This document shows, in pieces, positions 62,098 through 64,000 of a stretch of DNA of 64,000 nucleotides. Position numbers and translations under genes: made by a program. Position 1 is the stretch's first letter; the number at the start of each line of letters is the position of its first letter. Source of the DNA: Octopus sinensis (taxonomy: Eukaryota). The stretch covers positions 7,254,001-7,318,000 of the forward strand of contig NC_043014.1 of NCBI RefSeq assembly GCF_006345805.1, given 5' to 3'. The notes below the pieces were generated by a model that had not been told where the DNA came from, ran no database searches, and saw nothing but the letters and a program-made list of their open reading frames with translations.

Positions 62098-62228
62098 CAG
62101 CTAAAGATGTGCAAAAGAACGCTTACCAAATGACAAAGCCTGTTGAGGTTAGTGTACTGGTTGATCATCATTCGGCTGAGACATGGTAGGGTGGCCACCA
62201 GGATGTGACACCCGTTCAACAAACTCAC
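638..62228 (-). CDS. TDRD12: Partial multi-exon gene, TDRD12/Yb-family Tudor and DEAD-box-like piRNA pathway protein (28 exons in window, about 1071 aa; 5' and 3' ends outside window)
   Basis: Exons found by hand with AG/GT (one GC) boundaries chain with consistent phases into one open frame (3215 nt). Motif order matches TDRD12 as I recall it: LCHLIIDEAD; [18 protein letters not shown]; KVIIFT; [13 protein letters not shown]; [10 protein letters not shown]; CCCH finger; SHFFGRI; FVDIG; [15 protein letters not shown]; NSLWLDP; DNPEHL. Orthology is recognised from memory, not from a database search. Confidence 0.88.
1921..2008 (-). CDS. TDRD12: Exon W27 (88 nt, phase 2-0): [29 protein letters not shown]
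   Basis: Acceptor ttttgtctttttcag|A, donor AAA|gtaaga. Confidence 0.72.
2048..2848 (+). mobile_element. Trimer of a TTAA-bounded piggyBac-type MITE (about 229 bp, 254-bp period)
   Basis: Termini ttaa-ccctttcgttacc ... ggtaacaaaaggg-ttaa; 25-bp spacer aatatatataatagagaaacaattc. Confidence 0.8.
4703..5100 (+). mobile_element. tRNA-derived SINE family A, representative full copy (about 400 bp). Other approximate copies: 1-365, 5163-5578(-), 8965-9385(-), 17830-18225(-), 21432-21855, 24700-25095, 28340-28735(-), 32700-33060(-), 36468-36882, 54940-55350(-), 63345-63742(-)
   Basis: Head ggagtggctgtgtggtaag...ggttccgggttcagtccca resembles Pol III A and B boxes; internal (TA)n(TG)n; 3' end gactgaaacaagtaaaagag; many near-identical dispersed copies. 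Confidence 0.9.
5692..5759 (-). CDS. TDRD12: Exon W26 (68 nt, phase 0-2): [22 protein letters not shown](R)
   Basis: Acceptor ctggtttcttag|AAC, donor GCAG|gtacgt. Confidence 0.72.
6410..7344 (-). mobile_element. RTE-clade LINE remnant: 3' end of the RT ORF with (GAT)n tail, apparently joined to a 5'-end segment
   Basis: ORF 6439..6846 ([33 protein letters not shown]...) is a typical RTE C-terminus; near-identical to 36925-37440. Confidence 0.75.
7483..7543 (-). CDS. TDRD12: Exon W25 (61 nt, phase 2-0): [20 protein letters not shown]
   Basis: Strong acceptor ctctttttctccccag|T, donor GTG|gtaagt. Confidence 0.75.
7580..7925 (-). mobile_element. Dispersed repeat ending in (AAT/ATT)n, probably a LINE 3' UTR; second copy at about 46250-46545(+)
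   Basis: Two diverged copies in opposite orientation, both ending gcccttgtggccaataaaaagaattaattatt. Confidence 0.55.
8568..8960 (+). mobile_element. R4/Dong-like RLE fragment flanked on both sides by (AAT)n
   Basis: ORF 8480..8761 ([49 protein letters not shown]), a PD-(D/E)xK-type RLE signature. Confidence 0.75.
10985..11862 (+). mobile_element. SINE family B copy with roughly 15-16 internal 45-47-bp tandem units. Other approximate copies: 790-1060, 3540-3960(-), 5830-6305, 10125-10385, 20560-20940(-), 24060-24410(-), 28900-29270, 29880-30140, 31230-31685, 38395-38735, 39540-40230, 57535-57855(-), 58270-58545, 59610-59945(-), 62470-62790(-)
   Basis: Same conserved core and (GAT)n tail in all copies; variable number of 5' units. 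Confidence 0.88.
12091..12216 (-). CDS. TDRD12: Exon W24 (126 nt, phase 2-2): [41 protein letters not shown](S)
   Basis: Acceptor tttcgttgttgccag|G, donor GAAG|gtatat; the other two frames contain stops. Confidence 0.75.
13243..13304 (-). CDS. TDRD12: Exon W23 (62 nt, phase 0-2): [20 protein letters not shown](K)
   Basis: Acceptor cttttttctattgcag|GAC, donor CTGAA|gtaggt. Confidence 0.7.
13654..14463. mobile_element. Foldback/palindromic element (about 810 bp) with internal ctaaccctaaccct motifs; extra arms at about 14464-14885
   Basis: Termini ggatcttttccttttgaacggcag / ctgccgttcaaaccgaaaagatcc; the arms are reverse complements over several hundred bp. Confidence 0.8.
15085..16395 (-). repeat. 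SINE A copy with six tandem copies of its tRNA-like 5' half (about 187-bp period)
   Basis: Unit cgacgggcttctttcag...ccacacagccactcctgcacatatat starts at about 15299, 15484, 15677, 15864, 16050 and 16237. Confidence 0.9.
16557..17511 (+). mobile_element. Tetramer of the same TTAA MITE (248-bp period)
   Basis: Same TIRs and closely related spacer aatatataatagagaataattc. Confidence 0.8.
18452..18544 (-). CDS. TDRD12: Exon W22 (93 nt): [31 protein letters not shown]
   Basis: Acceptor tttctattttttaaag|CCG, donor GAA|gtaagt. Confidence 0.7.
19468..19731 (-). CDS. TDRD12: Exon W21 (264 nt, phase 0-0): low-complexity linker with poly-Asp and poly-Asn
   Basis: Acceptor cttgctgtttcag|GTT, donor CAG|gtgaga; only this frame is open (ORF 19441..19752). 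Confidence 0.65.
20300..20547 (-). CDS. TDRD12: Tentative exon W20 (248 nt, phase 1-0): (D)[31 protein letters not shown]...LLMLGSQ
   Basis: Acceptor ttgtcttacag|AT, moderate donor CAA|gtgata. Only the phase-matching frame is open (ORF 20285..20545); no recognisable domain. Confidence 0.55.
21923..22022. other. Assembly gap (100 N)
   Basis: Run of n characters. Confidence 1.
22958..23133 (-). CDS. TDRD12: Exon W19 (176 nt, phase 2-1): [58 protein letters not shown], Tudor core
   Basis: Acceptor ccttccacattcag|G, donor CAAG|gtaaac; ORF 22848..23153; W-x-R and FVDxG motifs. Confidence 0.92.
23193..23892 (+). mobile_element. Non-autonomous Helitron-like elements head-to-tail (23193-23584 complete, 23585-about 23892 truncated); related copies at 22594-22899 and about 38118-38316(-)
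   Basis: a|TCTATATATATAAAGCTG start; subterminal hairpin cccgagcaacgccggg; CTAG|t end; no TSD. These are Helitron hallmarks. Confidence 0.75.
25488..25601 (-). CDS. TDRD12: Exon W18 (114 nt, phase 2-2): (S)[37 protein letters not shown](L)
   Basis: Acceptor ctccttttacacgcag|C, donor CTCT|gtaagt; ORF 25484..25699. Confidence 0.88.
25681..25909. mobile_element. Second TTAA MITE family (ccctttag...ctaaaggg); another copy at about 12287-12507
   Basis: ttaaccctttag ... ctaaagggttaa terminal inverted repeats. Confidence 0.75.
26220..26681 (-). mobile_element. Dimer of the same TTAA MITE, reverse orientation
   Basis: Same body; spacer gaattgtttctctattatatatatt (reverse complement). Confidence 0.8.
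27512..28015. repeat. (GAA)n-rich purine microsatellite, about 500 bp
   Basis: Direct reading. Confidence 0.95.
28047..28175 (-). CDS. TDRD12: Exon W17 (129 nt, phase 2-2): [42 protein letters not shown], start of second Tudor domain
   Basis: Acceptor ttttctcctgaacag|A, donor ATAG|gtgggt; ORF 27506..28255. Confidence 0.88.
31696..31769 (-). CDS. TDRD12: Exon W16 (74 nt, phase 0-2): [24 protein letters not shown](R)
   Basis: Acceptor gccttctacttttag|CAC, donor CAAG|gtcagt; completes DNPE-HL. Confidence 0.85.
32519..32648 (-). CDS. TDRD12: Exon W15 (130 nt, phase 2-0): [43 protein letters not shown]
   Basis: Acceptor ttattgttttccag|A, donor GAG|gtattt; the WLDP and DNPE motifs are typical of TDRD12. 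Confidence 0.92.
33660..33968. repeat. (TG)n microsatellite
   Basis: Direct reading. Confidence 0.95.
34253..34314 (-). CDS. TDRD12: Exon W14 (62 nt, phase 0-2): [20 protein letters not shown](V)
   Basis: Acceptor atctattttcacag|GCC, donor TCGT|gtaagt. Confidence 0.85.
34490..35695 (+). mobile_element. SINE family B, (GAT)n-tailed, with roughly 16-17 internal 58-bp tandem units
   Basis: Units ggtggcacgtaaaaagcaccatccgaatcgtggccgatgccag... precede the core ccactacactcacggagtggttggcgttaggaagggcatcc...gcggacattaaacgatgatg. Confidence 0.88.
36202..36354 (-). CDS. TDRD12: Exon W13 (153 nt): [51 protein letters not shown], Tudor
   Basis: Acceptor cttccttctcctccag|TTG, donor TTT|gtaagt; ORF 36094..36453. 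Confidence 0.92.
36925..37445 (-). mobile_element. RTE-clade LINE 3' fragment (further fragment at about 45680-45880)
   Basis: ORFs 36933..37337 and 37285..37584 ([15 protein letters not shown]...[18 protein letters not shown]). Confidence 0.85.
37636..37684 (-). CDS. TDRD12: Exon W12 (49 nt, phase 2-0): [16 protein letters not shown]
   Basis: Acceptor ttgtgttctttacag|T, donor ACT|gtaagt. Confidence 0.85.
38791..38845 (-). CDS. TDRD12: Exon W11 (55 nt, phase 1-2): (E)[17 protein letters not shown](R), Tudor core
   Basis: Acceptor attattttcccccacag|AG, donor TTCG|gttagt. Confidence 0.85.
38921..39325 (-). mobile_element. CR1/L2-type LINE 3' end (second near-identical copy at about 9778-10021)
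   Basis: ORF 38997..39329 ([26 protein letters not shown]...RGHSEKL...[13 protein letters not shown]) matches a CR1/L2 ORF2 C-terminus. Confidence 0.85.
40727..40886 (-). CDS. TDRD12: Exon W10 (160 nt, phase 0-1): [53 protein letters not shown], start of extended Tudor domain
   Basis: Acceptor atatttacctttcag|ATT (terminal copy of the 42/56-bp array), donor TTGG|gtaagg; ORF 40695..41012. Confidence 0.88.
40871..42312 (-). repeat. Minisatellite of about 26 copies (42-bp unit, often plus a 14-bp module); unit = last 29 nt of the intron plus first 13 nt of exon W10
   Basis: Plus-strand unit ggaggaccataatctgaaaggcaaatactgaagaaataacat, optional ggaggattcctcat. The terminal copy is the W10 acceptor. 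Confidence 0.95.
42676..43420. repeat. (GAT/GGT)n compound microsatellite; similar tracts at about 46545-47085, 56325-56600 and 19780-20170
   Basis: Direct reading. Confidence 0.95.
43436..43538 (-). CDS. TDRD12: Exon W9 (103 nt, phase 2-0): (R)[34 protein letters not shown]
   Basis: Acceptor ctgtctgtttcag|G, donor AGG|gtaagt; ORF 42902..43582. Confidence 0.88.
43610..44290 (+). repeat. SINE A copy with three tandem 5' halves (about 190-bp period)
   Basis: Heads at about 43610, 43803 and 43993, followed by one 3' half. Confidence 0.85.
44672..44733 (-). CDS. TDRD12: Exon W8 (62 nt, phase 0-2): [20 protein letters not shown], first half of CCCH finger
   Basis: Acceptor cattttcttttccag|GAG, donor GCAG|gtatgg. 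Confidence 0.88.
47192..47335 (-). CDS. TDRD12: Exon W7 (144 nt): [48 protein letters not shown]
   Basis: Acceptor attattttcccag|GTG (terminal copy of the 78/69-bp array), donor GAA|gtaagt; ORF 47120..47335. Confidence 0.88.
47312..51777 (-). repeat. Minisatellite of about 59 copies (78-bp and 69-bp units); unit = last 54 nt of the intron plus first 24 nt of exon W7
   Basis: Plus-strand unit agaaagaagcccctagatttaccgagtcgcaaaggcacctgggaaaataataaatgccttaaatctttgagtcaaatg. The terminal copy runs directly into exon W7. Copies counted by hand. Confidence 0.95.
52701..53761. mobile_element. Related foldback element with an internal tandem expansion (about 120-bp unit) in the right arm
   Basis: Same terminal sequences; unit ttggttaaaattgccgaaat...aagtgtttagttaac repeated about five times. 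Confidence 0.8.
53834..53976 (-). CDS. TDRD12: Exon W6 (143 nt, phase 1-0): [48 protein letters not shown]
   Basis: Acceptor cttgttattttatag|TG, donor ACG|gtaagt; matches the degenerate motif V/VI region of TDRD12. Confidence 0.9.
54120..54712 (-). mobile_element. SINE family C with tandemly repeated 3' part. Other approximate copies: 10655-10885, 12640-13018, 29635-29865
   Basis: Head ggcggcgagctggcag...ctgagttcaaattccgccg (tRNA-like B box); body ggggtcgataaattaagtaccagttacgcactggggtcgatgtaatcgac. Confidence 0.8.
55547..55673 (-). CDS. TDRD12: Exon W5 (127 nt, phase 0-1): [42 protein letters not shown]
   Basis: Acceptor (tta)n-ttcag|TTA, donor CTAG|gtaaat; phases match both neighbours. Confidence 0.85.
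55740..55965 (+). mobile_element. R4/Dong-like non-LTR retrotransposon 3' fragment (restriction-like endonuclease C-terminus) next to (AAT)n
   Basis: [28 protein letters not shown]...[17 protein letters not shown]; related fragments at about 8103-8370 and 8568-8955 (PDIVLIEK...IIDIVCP). Confidence 0.75.
56856..56984 (-). CDS. TDRD12: Exon W4 (129 nt): [43 protein letters not shown] (motif IV)
   Basis: Acceptor ttttttctctcag|ATT, donor TTT|gtaagt. Confidence 0.9.
57288..57482 (-). CDS. TDRD12: Exon W3 (195 nt): [10 protein letters not shown]...[42 protein letters not shown]
   Basis: Acceptor ttttcattacag|ATT, donor CAG|gtgagt; ORF 57159..57542. Confidence 0.9.
58905..59600. repeat. (AAT)n microsatellite, about 700 bp
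   Basis: Direct reading. Confidence 0.97.
60326..61312 (-). mobile_element. Tetramer of the same TTAA MITE, reverse orientation
   Basis: Four units of about 250 bp with the same spacer; ends 34 nt from the W2 donor. Confidence 0.8.
61346..61390 (-). CDS. TDRD12: Exon W2 (45 nt): [15 protein letters not shown], Walker B DEAD motif
   Basis: Acceptor tctgattcctcgttaacag|ATT; frame continuity with W3 requires the GC donor GAT|gcaagt. Confidence 0.85.
62127..62228 (-). CDS. TDRD12: Exon W1 (102 nt, phase 0-0): [38 protein letters not shown]-box motif Ib region
   Basis: Acceptor ttgttatttcag|GTGAGT, donor TTG|gtaagc; contained in ORF 62097..62345. Confidence 0.9.
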
Positions 62229-62900
62229 CTGAAATAACAAACACAAGGAAAAAAAAAAAAGAAAACATTTACAAAACACCAAATCACTATTTATATAATG
62301 CACTACTCTCATACAAACATACATACACATATATACTTTATACATGTGTATATATTTCTATATATAATGACAAAGACATCAACCTGTGCCAGAATGAACA
62401 ACAGACATTGATAGATGATAATGATGCTATGTATGTAAGCGTGTGGCATTTATGTATAGTAATGCCCTCTATCATCATTTAACGTCCGCTTTCCATGCTA
62501 GATGGGTTGGACGGTTCAACTGGGGTCTGGGGAGCCCGAAGGCTGCACCAGGCCAGTCAGATCTGGCAGTGTTTCTACAGCTGGATGCCCTTCCTAACGC
62601 CAACCACTCTGAGAGTGTAGTGGGTGATTTTATGTGCCACTGACACAGGTGCCAGACGAGGCTGGCGAACGGCCACGCTCGGATGGTGTTTTTTATGTGC
62701 CACCGACACAGGTGCCAGACAAGGCTGGCAGACGGCCACGCTCGGATGGTGTTTTTATGTGCCACCGACACAGGTGCCAGATGAGGCTGATAATATAAAT
62801 AAATATATTTAAGTGAAAAAATTGGTGGATTTTTTCTCTTATGAGGTTTTTCACGCTAACTACTTGATAAATTCTTATGAAGATTTTATTCTATTTTTAA

Positions 62901-62935
<35 letters not shown>

Positions 62936-64000
62936 TGTGGAGGTGCAATGGCCCAGTCCTACTGGTTAGGGCTGTAGACTCACGGTCATAGGATCACGGT
63001 TTCAATCCCCAGACTGGGCGTTATGAGTGTTTATTGACTGGAAACACCTAAAGCTCCATGAGCCTCCGGCAGTGAGGGAGGGGGGGGGGTCAACACTGCT
63101 GTACTCTTTCACCACGACTTTCTCTCACTCTTTCTTCCTATTTCTGTTGTATCTGCATTTCAAAGGGCCAGCCTTGTCACACTCTGTGTCACGCTGAATC
63201 TCCCCGAGAACTATGTTAAGGATATGTGTGTCTGTGGAGTACTCAGCCACTTACACATTAATTTCACAAGCAGGCTGTTCCGTTGATCGTATCAGCTGGG
63301 ACCCTTGTCGCAACCAACGGAGTGCCACGTATAGGTATACTCTTTCACTCTTTTACTTGTTTCAGTCATTTGACTGCAGCCATGCTGGAGCACTGCCTTT
63401 AGTCAAATCAAATCGACCCCGAGACTTATTCTTTGTAAGCCCAGTACTTATTCTATCGGTCTCTTTTGCCGAACCGCTAAGTGACGGGGACATAAACACA
63501 CCAGCATCGGTTGTCAAGCAATGCTGGTGGGGGGGACAAACACAGACACACAAACACACACACATATATATACATATATACGACGGGCTTCTTTCAGTTT
63601 CCATCTACCAAATCCACTCACAAGGCTTTGGTCGGCCCGAGGCTATAGTAGAAGACACTTGCCCAAGGTGCCATGCAGTGGGACTGAACCCAGAACCATG
63701 TGGTTGGTAAACAAGCTAATTACCACGCAGCCACTCCTGCACCTATGTATGTATATAAAAATTGAATAAATAGAGCCAACAGAAAGAAGTAGGTCTAGAC
63801 AGCTATTTAATAAACACTACACCTGTTTCGATACAACACAGATCCACACATACACACGATTTAAATTAAGCAACAGTTCACCTGTATGATGGGATCCAGT
63901 CACATCTCCTCAGGTGATATATCATTTCATCATTTCATCTAGTTTCAGCTCATGAGCTGTGGCCATGCTGGGGGCACTGCCATTTGGTGTTGCTACATGA

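Overview
Eukaryotic, repeat-rich intronic landscape: no prokaryotic operons and no CRISPR arrays. The SINE and microsatellite content is typical of an octopus or other coleoid cephalopod genome (inference). One large gene spans the window on the minus strand, and both of its ends lie outside the window. By manual reading I reconstructed 28 phase-consistent coding exons (62228 down to 638; 3215 nt, about 1071 aa). They encode a TDRD12/Yb-family piRNA-pathway protein: a DEAD-box-like double RecA region, a CCCH zinc finger, an extended Tudor domain, a second Tudor domain, a low-complexity linker and a helical ARM/HEAT-like tail. The introns hold three SINE families, RTE, CR1/L2 and R4/Dong-like LINE fragments, TTAA (piggyBac-type) MITEs, non-autonomous Helitrons, foldback elements, long microsatellites and a 100-N gap. 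The most striking feature is that the two large non-transposon minisatellites are each tandem amplifications of an exon's own 3' splice site: about 59 copies at 47312-51777 and about 26 copies at 40871-42312. In both, the functional acceptor is the last copy transcribed, so dozens of decoy acceptors precede it. All coordinates and counts were done by hand; repeat boundaries are approximate.
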